Part shown: in pieces, positions 37,054 to 46,594 of the stretch
How the letters are laid out: each line of letters begins with the position of its first letter
Numbering within the stretch: position 1 is the first letter of the stretch
Assembly (NCBI GenBank): GCA_017883205.1
Contig: JADGNZ010000001.1
Coordinates: 233,639-297,638, forward strand
From: Thermoanaerobaculia bacterium
GTDB taxonomy: Bacteria; Acidobacteriota; Thermoanaerobaculia; Gp7-AA8
DNA length: 64,000 bases
Direction of reading: 5' to 3'
The notes under the pieces: generated by a model
The model's database searches: none
Seen by the model: only the letters and a program-made list of their open reading frames with translations
What the model was told of the DNA's origin: nothing
Program-made: the position numbers and the translations under genes

Positions 37054-38018
37054 GCAGCCGCGTCCAGTCCAATGCGAAGCCGGGGGTCGAGTCGAACCTG
37101 CAGGATGTCCGCCGCGATGTTCGCCAGCACTACCGAAAAGACGAGAAGGAGAAATACGCCCTGGACGAGCGGAAAGTCGAGCGCGAGGATGCCTTCATAG
37201 AGCAGCAAGCCGAGTCCGGGATAGGCAAAGACCGTCTCGACGATGACCGTGCCGCCGAGGAGGACGCCAAAGCTCATAGCGAACTGGTTGACGATGGGGC
37301 GCAGCGCGATCGGCGCGGCCTGTCGCAGCAATACTCGCAAAGGAGTCGCGCCGTGAGAGCGTGCGAGTGCCACGTAACCCTCGCCAAGGGCGTCCTCCAG
37401 GGATGCTCGTGCTACAAGAAACACCGAGGGGATGTACCCGAGCGTCAAGGTGGCAACGGGTAGCAGAGCGTGATGAAAAACGCTGCCCCATGTGACTCCT
37501 TCCTCGAGCGACGCAGCGCCATGAGTGGGCAACCATCCTAGAGTTACTGCGAAGACCGCGATCGCTACCATTCCAACCCAGAATGGTGGCAGTGATCCGA
37601 AGAAAACGACGGTGCACATCAGCGCTGAGGATGTGCGTGCACGCTCCACCCAGTGAAAAAGGCAGGCGAGGACGAAGCCGATCACGAAGGCGAGGATGAT
37701 CGAGCAGCCAACCAGTAGCAGCGTCCATGGCAGTCTTGCTGCGATCACCTTCAACACGGGCTTGCCGTGCGCGAGGGAGGTTCCGAGATCCAACCGCGCG
37801 ATACTGCTCAGGTAGTGGCGGTATTGCTCGATTAGTGGCCGGTCCATACCGAATTGCGCCAACATGGCGGTTCGCTGCGCGCTCGTGAGCCGCCCGGCAT
37901 CGTCGCCAATCAGGAAGTCGACTGGATCGCCCGGAAGCAGGCGTGGCAACAGGAAATTCGCGGTCGCGCCCAGCCAGAGGACCACGATATAGCCGGCAAT
38001 CCGTGCGGCGCGCGTCAT
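37050..38018 (-). CDS. ABC transporter permease (DppB/OppB-type)
   Basis: The ATG at 38018 (ATGA overlap with the SBP stop) gives MTRAARIAGYIVVLWLGATANFLLPRLLPGDPVDFL..., the typical BPD_transp_1 N-terminus. Confidence 0.88.
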   Translation of the reverse strand: MTRAARIAGYIVVLWLGATANFLLPRLLPGDPVDFLIGDDAGRLTSAQRTAMLAQFGMDRPLIEQYRHYLSSIARLDLGTSLAHGKPVLKVIAARLPWTLLLVGCSIILAFVIGFVLACLFHWVERARTSSALMCTVVFFGSLPPFWVGMVAIAVFAVTLGWLPTHGAASLEEGVTWGSVFHHALLPVATLTLGYIPSVFLVARASLEDALGEGYVALARSHGATPLRVLLRQAAPIALRPIVNQFAMSFGVLLGGTVIVETVFAYPGLGLLLYEGILALDFPLVQGVFLLLVFSVVLANIAADILQVRLDPRLRIGLDAAA

Positions 38019-39598
38019 GGTTTGGCCCACGCGGGGACGCCTCCTGCAAACTTCAGCAACGACCACTTGTGAAACACGCCCAGTCCGGGAATGGCACGCC
38101 AACCGTCGTACGCTTGCGGCCGGTAGGCATAATGGGCTTTCGGGTAATACAACATGATCGCGACGGGGGCCTTGCTGTGCAATTCCTGTAGTGCGAAACC
38201 GGCTTGGGTTCGTGCTTCAACAGTCGATGCGATACGCCATTGGCTGATGAGCGCATCCAGCTCTGGGTAGGACCGTCCTTCGTGCCACAGGTAGCCGTAC
38301 ATGACGGATTGCATCAGTTGATCGGGATCGGCGAGATTGTGCGGCGTTACGTCGTCGATCAATAAGTCGAACTGGCGGGTCGTGTAAAGCGCCCGAGAGC
38401 GCGCCGGATCGACGACGTCGACCTCGACGTCGAAGCCTACGGCCTTCAATTGCCGCGCGACGACCTCCGCGGCCCGCTGATGCAGCGGCTCGCTGCTGGA
38501 AACCTTCAGGCTGAACCGCAGTGGCGCTCCGCGGGGATCTTCACGCAGTCCATCTCCGTTGCGGTCACGAAAACCCTTCGCATCGAAAATCGCCGCCGCG
38601 GCGCGAGGATCGTCACTCGGCTGCCGCAGACCGGGTTTGGTCCAGGGGCTCGCGAGAGCAGGGAAAGGCCCGACAACACCTTGACCTAACGCCACCCGCT
38701 GCAACACTTCGCCCGGCCGGATTGCAAGCGCGATCGCGCGGCGAAACTCCGGGTCGGAAAACGGAGCGCGGTCGAAATTGACGCGCAGCTCCACGCCAAA
38801 GACCGGACTGTTACCTCCCCCAGTCATGGCCAGGTCCTTCCGGTGCGCCAGAGGATCGACCAGCTCGGGCGGCACCGGCGCGGCAACCAAATCCAGTTCG
38901 CCTGCGCACAATGCGGCAAATGCAGTTGCTGGATTGCGGATGAACGAGATGAAAATACTTGCCACGCGCGGAACGCCGCCGAAATAGTCGCGATTCGCTT
39001 CGAGGCGCAGGAATCGTCCCGCCTCCAGTTGCGACACGCGATATGGGCCGGTGCCGATGAGTGGCCCGTGATAGAGGTGAGGCTCTTTCACGGACCGCCA
39101 GAGATGTTCGGGGAGGATGACCAGGTCCGCGGCGGTGACGCGGTCGAACATCGGGCAGGGACGCTCGCAGCCGATGCGCAGCGACAAGCGGTCGATCGGC
39201 TCGATCGTCGTCAGCTTCGGCGTGTCGCTAACGTGATGCGTCCAGCGGTTTGGCGTACCGTCGCGGTAGTAGCGCAGTGTGAATACGACGTCACTGGCGG
39301 TAAATGGCTTGCCGTCATGCCAGCGCACACCATCGCGCAACTGGATACGCCACGCCTTCCCATCCTGCCCCTCGGGCACGATGGCCGTCGCGAGCCATGG
39401 CCGCGCGTTGCCGAGATAAGGAGAAGGTGCCGCAAGCTTGTCGTACACGAGCTCGAGCAACGTCTCGGGCAACCCGGGCGTGTAGGGAGTCAGATTATTG
39501 ACTTCATAGGCGACCGCTACACGCAGCGGCGCCGCGAAACCCGGTAGCGCCAGGCAGGCGATAAGGCCGATGCCGGCAGCTACCAGGCGCGAGCGCAA
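38015..39598 (-). CDS. ABC transporter substrate-binding protein, family 5 (peptide/nickel/opine type)
   Basis: 527 aa with a TTG start and a signal peptide (AAGIGLIACLALPGFAAP). Size and blocks are typical of SBP_bac_5. Located in an operon with the permeases. Confidence 0.85.
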   Translation of the reverse strand: MRSRLVAAGIGLIACLALPGFAAPLRVAVAYEVNNLTPYTPGLPETLLELVYDKLAAPSPYLGNARPWLATAIVPEGQDGKAWRIQLRDGVRWHDGKPFTASDVVFTLRYYRDGTPNRWTHHVSDTPKLTTIEPIDRLSLRIGCERPCPMFDRVTAADLVILPEHLWRSVKEPHLYHGPLIGTGPYRVSQLEAGRFLRLEANRDYFGGVPRVASIFISFIRNPATAFAALCAGELDLVAAPVPPELVDPLAHRKDLAMTGGGNSPVFGVELRVNFDRAPFSDPEFRRAIALAIRPGEVLQRVALGQGVVGPFPALASPWTKPGLRQPSDDPRAAAAIFDAKGFRDRNGDGLREDPRGAPLRFSLKVSSSEPLHQRAAEVVARQLKAVGFDVEVDVVDPARSRALYTTRQFDLLIDDVTPHNLADPDQLMQSVMYGYLWHEGRSYPELDALISQWRIASTVEARTQAGFALQELHSKAPVAIMLYYPKAHYAYRPQAYDGWRAIPGLGVFHKWSLLKFAGGVPAWAKP

Positions 39599-39604
39599 AC
39601 GACC

Positions 39605-41797
39605 TTAAAACCCCGCCGTGAGGTTGATGCTCAGGGACCGGCCGGGCTCGAGCAGCGAATTGGTGAAGCTCCTTGGAAATCCGAGGGACTCTTTGGTCAC
39701 CGGGCTACGGTAGGCCTTATTCATGAGATTGTCGATGCCGGCGGTGAGCCGGTACGCCTTCAGCCACGGCTGGTAACGGCCGAGGTCAAGGCCGCCATAG
39801 ATGCTGAAGACTTCGTATCCATCGGTGGGCCGCTCCTGTGTCGGGTTGATGCGTGTCTTGTCGTCCGACCAGCGCGCCGTAGCCTCGAGCCAACTGGAAG
39901 CGACCAGGAAGTTGCGGCGCAAGGCAATGAGCCCGTTGAGCGGCGGCACATAGGAGAGCGGTACGCCGGTAATCGTGTTGGTGGCGCGAACGTCCGCGGC
40001 GTTGAAACGCCAGGCCATGTTCTGCGACATCTGATAGGTGCCGTCGAGCTCCCATCCTTCCACCTTCGATTTGCCGAAATTCACGGCCACCCGTGTGGTC
40101 GGATTGAGGAACTGGAACTGGATCAGATCCTTGTAGTCGCTCCGAAACGTGGTGAGGTTCACGTTCAGAGCCTGCAACCGCAAGCGCGTGCCGAGCTCGT
40201 AGTTCACGCTCGACTCAGGCTTCACGTCGGCGTTGGGCAGTGTGTTTAGCGCTCCGACGATTCCGGAGCCTGATTTGTCGCTCGTGGTCGGCGCGCGAAA
40301 CGCGGTGCTGATGTTGCCGACGAAGTGCAACGCCGGCAGCGGCCGGAAGATCAGGCCACCGCTGCCGGTAAGCGCGGTGTCTCGCGCCGTGAGATTGCGG
40401 GCAAATGCCGCGGAGAGCTCGGGGGATTCGCCGGGCGCCGGCGTGGAGCTGAGGTTTGTCTCGACGAAGTCGTACCGGCCGCCGAGCGAGACGGTCCATT
40501 GCGACGTCGGATCGTAATCGTAGTGAGCCAATGCCCCGACGTCGGTTTGCGAAGCGTCGCGGACGCGCTTGGCGCGCGGATCGAGGAAGGTCGTCGCACC
40601 GGCCTTGTTGACGATTCGATCATCGTCTTCGAAGCTGGGCGCGTCCTCGTTGTAGAAGTCGACGCCGTAGGAAAGTACGTTGTTTCCGATGATCGAGCGG
40701 GCCAGCAGTTTGCCGCCGGTCTCCGTAGGTCCGATTACCCAGGTATTCCGGGTATCGACGTCGCCATTCGTGGCTGTGTGACTCACGCTGCGAAGAATGC
40801 TCGAAAGTACTCTCACGTACAGTGAGGCATCGATGTCCTGCAGCCACGGGGCGGCCTGGCTTTCGGTGAAGCCGGCGCGAACGTACCGCTCCCGGAGCGG
40901 ATCTTCGCGCGTGATCACGAGCGGAGCTCCTGGCGCGTTGGCGCGTCCTGCGTCGTCTGAGAAGATCTTGCCGATGAGCTCGAAGCGTTTGGTTGGGCTG
41001 GGCGAGTAGCCGATCCGCGCGTTCACCCCGCGCGCCGCGAAGTCACTATTCGGAACCTCGCCGTCGGGAGTGTGAAAGTTGTCTGCCTTGCGGTAGTTGC
41101 CGGCGAGCAGCATGTCGAAGCCGTCACCGATACCCTGCAGCTCGAGCCGTCCGGCGCCCATGTTGTTGGTGCTGGAGTAGCCGAGTGAGTAGAGCTGCGG
41201 CGTTAGCGAGAAGTGTTGTTGTGCCGGATCGCCCGCCGCGCGCCGCGTGATGACGTTGACCAGTCCGTTCATCGCGTCCGACCCGTAGAGTGCCGCCGCC
41301 GGGCCGCGGATGATCTCGATGCGCTCGATCTCATTCGGATCGAGCAGGCTGTATTCGAGGAAGTTGCGGCCCCGAAAGCGATCGCCGTCGATGAACAACA
41401 CGATGCGCGAATCGTTGGAGCTGAGGCCGCGAACGACGATCTGGCCATCGAGCCCGCCGGAACGCTGAAGCGAGATTCCGGGCGCGTCGTCGAGCATGGT
41501 CTGCACGTTGGACAGCGGCCGTGCGTGAAGGTCTTTCGAATCCATGACGGTCAGAGACTGCGGCGTGGCGTCGACGGGGCGCTCGAAGCGCTCGCCGGTC
41601 ACCGTGATCTGCTCGACCACGGGAGCGGCCGGCTTCTTCGCGGAGCCATCGTCGGGCTTGGCGTCTTTCTGGGCTTCCGCGGCGGGAGGTTTCTCGTTCC
41701 CGGAGGGCGGCGGCGTCTGCCCGAGGGCGACACCGGCCGAAAGCCCGGCGACGAAGACCGTCAGCAGTTGTGCGCGAGTGATGTGTGACATAGCCAT
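39605..41797 (-). CDS. TonB-dependent receptor
   Basis: 730 aa. The ATG is preceded by GGGAGG. It has a signal peptide, plug-domain motifs (...VVRGLSSNDSRIVLFIDG..., ...IEIIRGPAAALYGSDAMNGLVNVI...) and a C-terminal aromatic residue (...LTAGF). Confidence 0.92.
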   Translation of the reverse strand: MAMSHITRAQLLTVFVAGLSAGVALGQTPPPSGNEKPPAAEAQKDAKPDDGSAKKPAAPVVEQITVTGERFERPVDATPQSLTVMDSKDLHARPLSNVQTMLDDAPGISLQRSGGLDGQIVVRGLSSNDSRIVLFIDGDRFRGRNFLEYSLLDPNEIERIEIIRGPAAALYGSDAMNGLVNVITRRAAGDPAQQHFSLTPQLYSLGYSSTNNMGAGRLELQGIGDGFDMLLAGNYRKADNFHTPDGEVPNSDFAARGVNARIGYSPSPTKRFELIGKIFSDDAGRANAPGAPLVITREDPLRERYVRAGFTESQAAPWLQDIDASLYVRVLSSILRSVSHTATNGDVDTRNTWVIGPTETGGKLLARSIIGNNVLSYGVDFYNEDAPSFEDDDRIVNKAGATTFLDPRAKRVRDASQTDVGALAHYDYDPTSQWTVSLGGRYDFVETNLSSTPAPGESPELSAAFARNLTARDTALTGSGGLIFRPLPALHFVGNISTAFRAPTTSDKSGSGIVGALNTLPNADVKPESSVNYELGTRLRLQALNVNLTTFRSDYKDLIQFQFLNPTTRVAVNFGKSKVEGWELDGTYQMSQNMAWRFNAADVRATNTITGVPLSYVPPLNGLIALRRNFLVASSWLEATARWSDDKTRINPTQERPTDGYEVFSIYGGLDLGRYQPWLKAYRLTAGIDNLMNKAYRSPVTKESLGFPRSFTNSLLEPGRSLSINLTAGF

Positions 41798-41902
41798 GCC
41801 TCCCGTTGAAACTGCCGGAACTGCGAATCTGTCACGAGAAAATGGTGGACTGCCTGAGTGACGGCTATCGATTAGTGAGTGGTCGCCATGTTACCGGAAG
41901 TG

Positions 41903-42766
41903 TCAAGATTCGCGGAGCAGCGCGAGCTTGGCCTCGTCCGCCATTCCCGTGTACACACCTTCACGCGTCGCAAGATCGAGCAACTGGTTTCTGCGTCTTC
42001 CATCCAGCGAGCGGAAAAGAGGGTCCAGCGTCTCGATCGGATGACCAAAAAGGCGGCTGACACAGCGGGATGTGTAGTCGACGTCTGCCCGCGCGATGAC
42101 CTCCGCGAACTCCTCAAAGGTGCCGAGGTTTAGAAAGTTCAGCGCGTACTCGATTCCGGGGTTGGAGCGGCCAAGGTCGGGATCGACCTGGAAGATGTAC
42201 ATCCAGTGGATCGAGGCGGGATGAACGCTGTCGAGTGTCCGCTGGACATAGAGCTGCTGCGTTCCCGTGACATTGATATCGTTGATGAAGAGGACGGCGC
42301 GGCCCGCGAAATCCGCCGGGTCCGGCCGCGGAGCTCCCTCTCCTTCGTGCAGCCGATGCCGGTTCCTGATCCGGGCGGCCACGTCCGACCTGCTGTAGTC
42401 CTCTCCGAGGAGATGGGCATTGCTCGGTGCCATGGGAAGTGCGTATCGCAGGTCAACCAGCCGGAGTGATCGAGAACGAGGAAGTCGCTCGCGCAAGGCT
42501 TGAAACATCGCGTGGGCCAGCAGATTGGCTCCGGCGGGGATGACATACAGCGGGGGTGCCGTGATCACCCAATCGGTGGTTTCAGGCTGGCTGGCGACGA
42601 TCTTCTCAGCGACAGGAACCAGCAGACTCGTGTAGAACCGGACGCTCTCACGCACGCCCAGCTTCATCGACGGATATGGCTGGAACAGCGGATCCCGAGG
42701 ATCGAGCGTGGGGCTCGTAATGGTGTGCAATGCCGAGGACTGCTCGGACGAATCGTGTGCGCTCAT
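41903..42766 (-). CDS. phosphoribosyltransferase-fold (PRTase-like) protein of unknown specificity
   Basis: The ATG at 42766 gives MSAHDSSEQ.... A PRPP-loop-like AVLFINDINVTGTQ is present. The longer ORF-track start (42871) adds an Arg-rich segment overlapping the emfourin gene and was rejected. Confidence 0.6.
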   Translation of the reverse strand: MSAHDSSEQSSALHTITSPTLDPRDPLFQPYPSMKLGVRESVRFYTSLLVPVAEKIVASQPETTDWVITAPPLYVIPAGANLLAHAMFQALRERLPRSRSLRLVDLRYALPMAPSNAHLLGEDYSRSDVAARIRNRHRLHEGEGAPRPDPADFAGRAVLFINDINVTGTQQLYVQRTLDSVHPASIHWMYIFQVDPDLGRSNPGIEYALNFLNLGTFEEFAEVIARADVDYTSRCVSRLFGHPIETLDPLFRSLDGRRRNQLLDLATREGVYTGMADEAKLALLRES

Positions 42767-42831
42767 TGTGCTGGTGCTTGCGGTGAACGCGACGATACAC
42801 CGTCTGCTGGGCGAGCTCGATCGACGCGCCC

Positions 42832-43122
42832 TCAGCCGTGGCCGAGCACGTGCTCGACCACAGCTCGCCACTTCTCGGGCATCGACAGATCATCAGCCCG
42901 GTAGGTTTTCGAGCCGGTGCCATCGTCGACGGTGATGTCGTACTGGTAGACATCGGCAGCGCCAGCGGCGCGATGCGGCGGTGCCGGCTGATCAGGGAAC
43001 GCTGCACTCCTGATCAGCCGATGCAGCACATCCGCTTTCTCTTTCGGCAGCGTGGACGTATCGACTTCGGCGTGTGCGCCGATGTTCGCGAATCCGCCCG
43101 AGCGCTGCACGGAGATCTTCAT
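42832..43122 (-). CDS. emfourin-like protealysin inhibitor
   Basis: The ATG at 43122 (ATGA overlap with the protease stop) gives a 96-aa protein starting MKISVQRSGGFANIGAHAEVDTSTLPKEKADVLHRLI.... Its size, position directly downstream of a protealysin-like M4 gene and SGGFAxI start match the emfourin family as recalled. Confidence 0.7.
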   Translation of the reverse strand: MKISVQRSGGFANIGAHAEVDTSTLPKEKADVLHRLIRSAAFPDQPAPPHRAAGAADVYQYDITVDDGTGSKTYRADDLSMPEKWRAVVEHVLGHG

Positions 43123-44285
43123 CCCTTCGATTTCCTCGGCTGCGATTTGATAGTTGGCGGAACGTAGGCCGAATCCGGCGGCTGCGAAGCCGGAGGCGCC
43201 TTGACCGTGATCATGGCCGAGCCGGAGATGATCTGCTTCGATACGTTGATGCCGACGTTCTTCCATCCTTCGCCGACCGCGATCTGCTCTGCTTTTCCCA
43301 CTCCAAAAAGCTCTCCTGCCGCTTCGTACGTGGCATTGGCGGCGTCGGCGAACTGGGCCGTGTGCCCGAGCTTGTTCGTAAACGCCGTGTACCAGATCTT
43401 ACCGGCTTTCTCCCAGGCATTGCCGCCGATGGCGGAGGCAACGTTGTAGAAGGCCTTGTTGGGGATGCCCGAGTTGATGTGGACGCCGCCGTTGTCCTGG
43501 TTGGTGTTGACGTAATGGCTCATGTCCGCCGGCTGTGGATCGCGTCCCAGGGTCTTCGGATCGTTGTACGCAGTGCCGGGCGCTTTCATGGAGCGGAGTG
43601 CGACGCCCTTCACGCCCGGCGCGAGCAATCCTTTGCCGATCAGCCAGTCGGCCTGCGCCGCGGACTGCTTCAGCGTCCACTGCTTCACGAGCGAGCCCAT
43701 GACGTCGGAGAAGTGCTCGTTGAGCGCGCCGGACTGCGCCTGGTAATCGAGCGCCGAGGTGAACTGCGTGACACCGTGCGTCAGCTCGTGACCGATGACG
43801 TCGATGCAGGCGGTGAAGCGGGTGAAGATCTGGCCATCGCCGTCGCCGTACACCATCTGCGTTCCATCCCAGAACGCGTTATTGAACTTGTGGTTGTAGT
43901 GGACCGAAGAGTCGAGGCGCATGCCTTTGTTGTCGACCGAGTTGCGCGCGAAGACCGCCTCGTAGAAATCGTAGGTGTCGCCGGCGTAGTCGTACGCCTC
44001 GTTGACGCTGACGTCGGACGTCGCCTTCCCACCCTCCTTGCGAACCAGTTTCCCTGGAAGTTTCGTGCCGCCCTTCTCATCGTAAACGGTCCGCTGCTTC
44101 ACGCCGGGCGAAGCCGCGAGCAGCCCGACGAACGGTCCGATGGCCGTGCGCTTGCCGCGCGCGGCAGCGCTGACTTCCAATGCATGGTGGGCAGCTTCCC
44201 GAACCGCGGCGTTGGAGCTGGTAGTCAGGTGCTTGAAGATGTGGGGCGGAACGATGAAGCACACATGATGGTGTTCGTGTTTCAT
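43119..44285 (-). CDS. protealysin-like M4 (thermolysin family) metalloprotease
   Basis: The ATG at 44285 is preceded by AGGAGG. The 388-aa protein has no signal peptide. The short propeptide has a PPL-type motif (CFIVPPHIFKHL). The zinc site is VIGHELTHGV plus GALNEHFSD. Confidence 0.9.
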   Translation of the reverse strand: MKHEHHHVCFIVPPHIFKHLTTSSNAAVREAAHHALEVSAAARGKRTAIGPFVGLLAASPGVKQRTVYDEKGGTKLPGKLVRKEGGKATSDVSVNEAYDYAGDTYDFYEAVFARNSVDNKGMRLDSSVHYNHKFNNAFWDGTQMVYGDGDGQIFTRFTACIDVIGHELTHGVTQFTSALDYQAQSGALNEHFSDVMGSLVKQWTLKQSAAQADWLIGKGLLAPGVKGVALRSMKAPGTAYNDPKTLGRDPQPADMSHYVNTNQDNGGVHINSGIPNKAFYNVASAIGGNAWEKAGKIWYTAFTNKLGHTAQFADAANATYEAAGELFGVGKAEQIAVGEGWKNVGINVSKQIISGSAMITVKAPPASQPPDSAYVPPTIKSQPRKSKG

Positions 44286-44489
44286 AGAATTGCCTCCTTT
44301 TTCATGAATCGCGAAATCGTGATCGCCATAAGGTAAGTCCGCGAGGACGGAAATGCACCTGCTGTCCAGAGGGCGTTGACGCAATCGCGGTGTCTGAATC
44401 CAAGCGTAGACTTCCCGACGGACAGACGGAGACATTTCGAGCCAGGAGCCGGGAATTTCGGTCGGATCGCGGAGGTATGGTCGCCTGAA

Positions 44490-44786
44490 ATGGACGAGCA
44501 AGAGCAGCCAACCATCCGCATCACTCTCGATGACAGCGTCGCGCAGGGGGAGTACATCAACTTCGCGAACATCATCCATTCGCCGAGCGAGTTCGTGATC
44601 GACCTCGGACGGATCGTTCCCGGACGGACGGACGTCAAGGTCTACAGCCGTGCGATCATGACGCCGCTGCACGCCAAGCAACTCCTGGAAGCGCTGGCGC
44701 ACAACATCTCGTTGTTCGAGCAGAAGTTCGGCGACATTCGCATCGAGGGAACGACGCCGTTCCCGACGAACGAGCCTTCGAACTGA
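44490..44786 (+). CDS. DUF3467 domain-containing protein
   Basis: The ATG at 44490 gives MDEQEQPTIRITLDDSVAQGEYINFANIIHSPSEFVIDLGRIVPG...MTPLHAKQLLEAL..., which matches the DUF3467 pattern as recalled. Confidence 0.75.
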   Translation: MDEQEQPTIRITLDDSVAQGEYINFANIIHSPSEFVIDLGRIVPGRTDVKVYSRAIMTPLHAKQLLEALAHNISLFEQKFGDIRIEGTTPFPTNEPSN

Positions 44787-44814
44787 CGACGCGCGGCCAT
44801 CGTCCTTCCTGACG

Positions 44815-46221
44815 GTGGGGCGGCGCGAACCGGAAACCATCCACGTGGCACGAGTCAAAATCATCGGTGCCGGACTGGCAGGCTGCGAGTGCGCATTCGG
44901 CCTTGCGCAGCGGGGCCACAAGGCCGACCTCGTCGAGATGCGCCCTTCGACGACCACGGCGGCGCACCAGACGTCGAATCTCGCCGAGCTCGTTTGCTCG
45001 AACTCCTTCCGCTCTTCCGCGATCACGAACGCCGTCGGGCTGTTGAAGGCGGAGATGGCGCTGCTCGACTCGCTCGTCATCCGCTGCGGAACGGACGCTC
45101 GTGTGCCTGCCGGCGACGCCTTTGCTGTCGATCGGGAGCGCTTTGCCGCCGCGGTCACGAGCACCATTTCCAGCGAGCCGAACATCACGCTGAGACGTGA
45201 AGAGGTCACGTCGCTCGACCATGACGGCTACGACTTTCTCGTCGTCGCTACCGGCCCTCTCACGTCCCAGCCCCTCTTCGAAGCCATCAACAATTTCCTC
45301 GGGCGCGACGGTTTGTATTTCTACGACGCGATCGCTCCAATCCTCGCGGCTGATTCGCTCGACCTCACGAAGCTCTACTGGAAATCGCGCTACGGGAAAG
45401 GCTCCGCCACCGACTACCTCAACGCGCCGATGACGCAGACGGAGTACGAGACGTTCGTTGCCGCGCTCTTGTCTGCCGAGATCTTCGCACCGCACGACTT
45501 CGAAAAAGCCGCCCACTTCGAGGGCTGCCTGCCAGTCGAAGAGATCGCATCGCGCGGTATCGAGACGCTTCGCTTCGGACCGATGAAACCGGTCGGCCTC
45601 GAGCATCCCGTGACCGGCGAGCGTCCTCACGCGGTCGTGCAGCTCCGCAAAGAGGACTTGTCCGACGACTACTTCAACATCGTCGGATTCCAGACGAAGA
45701 TGAAGGTGCCCGAGCAGAAGCGCGTAATCCAGATGATTCCCGGCCTGGAGAACGCAGTCTTCGCGCGCTTCGGGTCGATGCACCGCAACACGTTCATCAA
45801 CGGGCCGAAACACCTGCGGCCGACGTTTCAGACGAAGCTCGACGACCGCGTTTTCTTCGCCGGACAGATCACGGGCGTCGAGGGCTACGTGGAGTCGTCC
45901 GCTGTCGGTCTGCTCGTGGCGCGCTATATCGACGAGTTGTCGCGTGATCTTGCCCCAACACCGTTGCCCTACTTCACCGCGCTCGGCGCCCTCGGGCGCC
46001 ATGTCGCCGAATCGTCTCCCGACCGCTACCAACCGTCGAATGTGACGTGGGCGATGATCGAGGATGTCATCGGCCGCTGCCGGAAAATCGAGAAGCGCGG
46101 CCGCCAGGTCGAAAAGGCGATGACGGCTATTCGTGCCGCGGCGGTGGCCCACACCGCGATGGCCGCGGTCCAGGTTACATCGCCCGGCCTGCGTCGAGAA
46201 TCGCCCGGCCGCGCGTGGTGA
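44815..46221 (+). CDS. trmFO: methylenetetrahydrofolate--tRNA-(uracil-5-)-methyltransferase TrmFO (start uncertain: GTG 44815 or 44845)
   Basis: KIIGAGLAGCECAF (FAD Rossmann), ...LAELVCSNSFRS..., ...RFGPMKPVGL..., ...FAGQITGVEGYVES... are present. Confidence 0.9.
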   Translation: MGRREPETIHVARVKIIGAGLAGCECAFGLAQRGHKADLVEMRPSTTTAAHQTSNLAELVCSNSFRSSAITNAVGLLKAEMALLDSLVIRCGTDARVPAGDAFAVDRERFAAAVTSTISSEPNITLRREEVTSLDHDGYDFLVVATGPLTSQPLFEAINNFLGRDGLYFYDAIAPILAADSLDLTKLYWKSRYGKGSATDYLNAPMTQTEYETFVAALLSAEIFAPHDFEKAAHFEGCLPVEEIASRGIETLRFGPMKPVGLEHPVTGERPHAVVQLRKEDLSDDYFNIVGFQTKMKVPEQKRVIQMIPGLENAVFARFGSMHRNTFINGPKHLRPTFQTKLDDRVFFAGQITGVEGYVESSAVGLLVARYIDELSRDLAPTPLPYFTALGALGRHVAESSPDRYQPSNVTWAMIEDVIGRCRKIEKRGRQVEKAMTAIRAAAVAHTAMAAVQVTSPGLRRESPGRAW

Positions 46222-46590
46222 ATCGTCCGGTCGAGGGTTGAATCGCCCTGTGTGCCCGGTGGATCGGTGAGCCCGGGCGGTATGTCGGTCAGCCCGCGCG
46301 GTGGATCGGTCAGCCCGCGCGGTGGTTCGGTGCGCCCGCGCTGTGGTTCGGTGCGCCCGCGCTGTGGTTCGGTCAGCCCGCGCTGTGGATCGGTCAGCCC
46401 GCGCTGTGGATCGGTCAGCCTGCGCTGTGGATCGGTCAGCCCGGGCCGTGGATCGGTCAGCCCGCGCTGTGGATCGGTCAGCCCGCGCTGTGGATCGGTC
46501 AGCCCGCGCTGTGGATCAGTCAGCCCGCGCTGTGGATCAGTCAGCCCGAGCTGTGTATCGGCCGGTGCGCGCGGTGAATCGTCGGGTGCA
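46203..46590. repeat. tandem array of 21-bp units (gtcagcccgcgctgtggatcg type), ~18 units including degenerate ends
   Basis: Counted by hand. The well-conserved core spans about 46283-46553, with degenerate copies at both ends. The first copies overlap the last codons of trmFO. Confidence 0.9.
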
Positions 46591-46594
46591 CTCG

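Noticed and set aside
41798-41902. Possible cobalamin or other riboswitch, or a Fur box, upstream of the TonB-dependent receptor.
   Set aside because: At 105 nt it is too short for a B12 element and no B12-box-like sequence was seen. No clear palindromic Fur-type operator was recognised. This was not testable further without tools.
43119-45209. 696-aa ORF spanning the protease gene and upstream DNA.
   Set aside because: The upstream 300 residues are Arg/Ser-rich and antisense to DUF3467 and trmFO. A strong AGGAGG-ATG at 44285 precedes the conserved protealysin propeptide motif.
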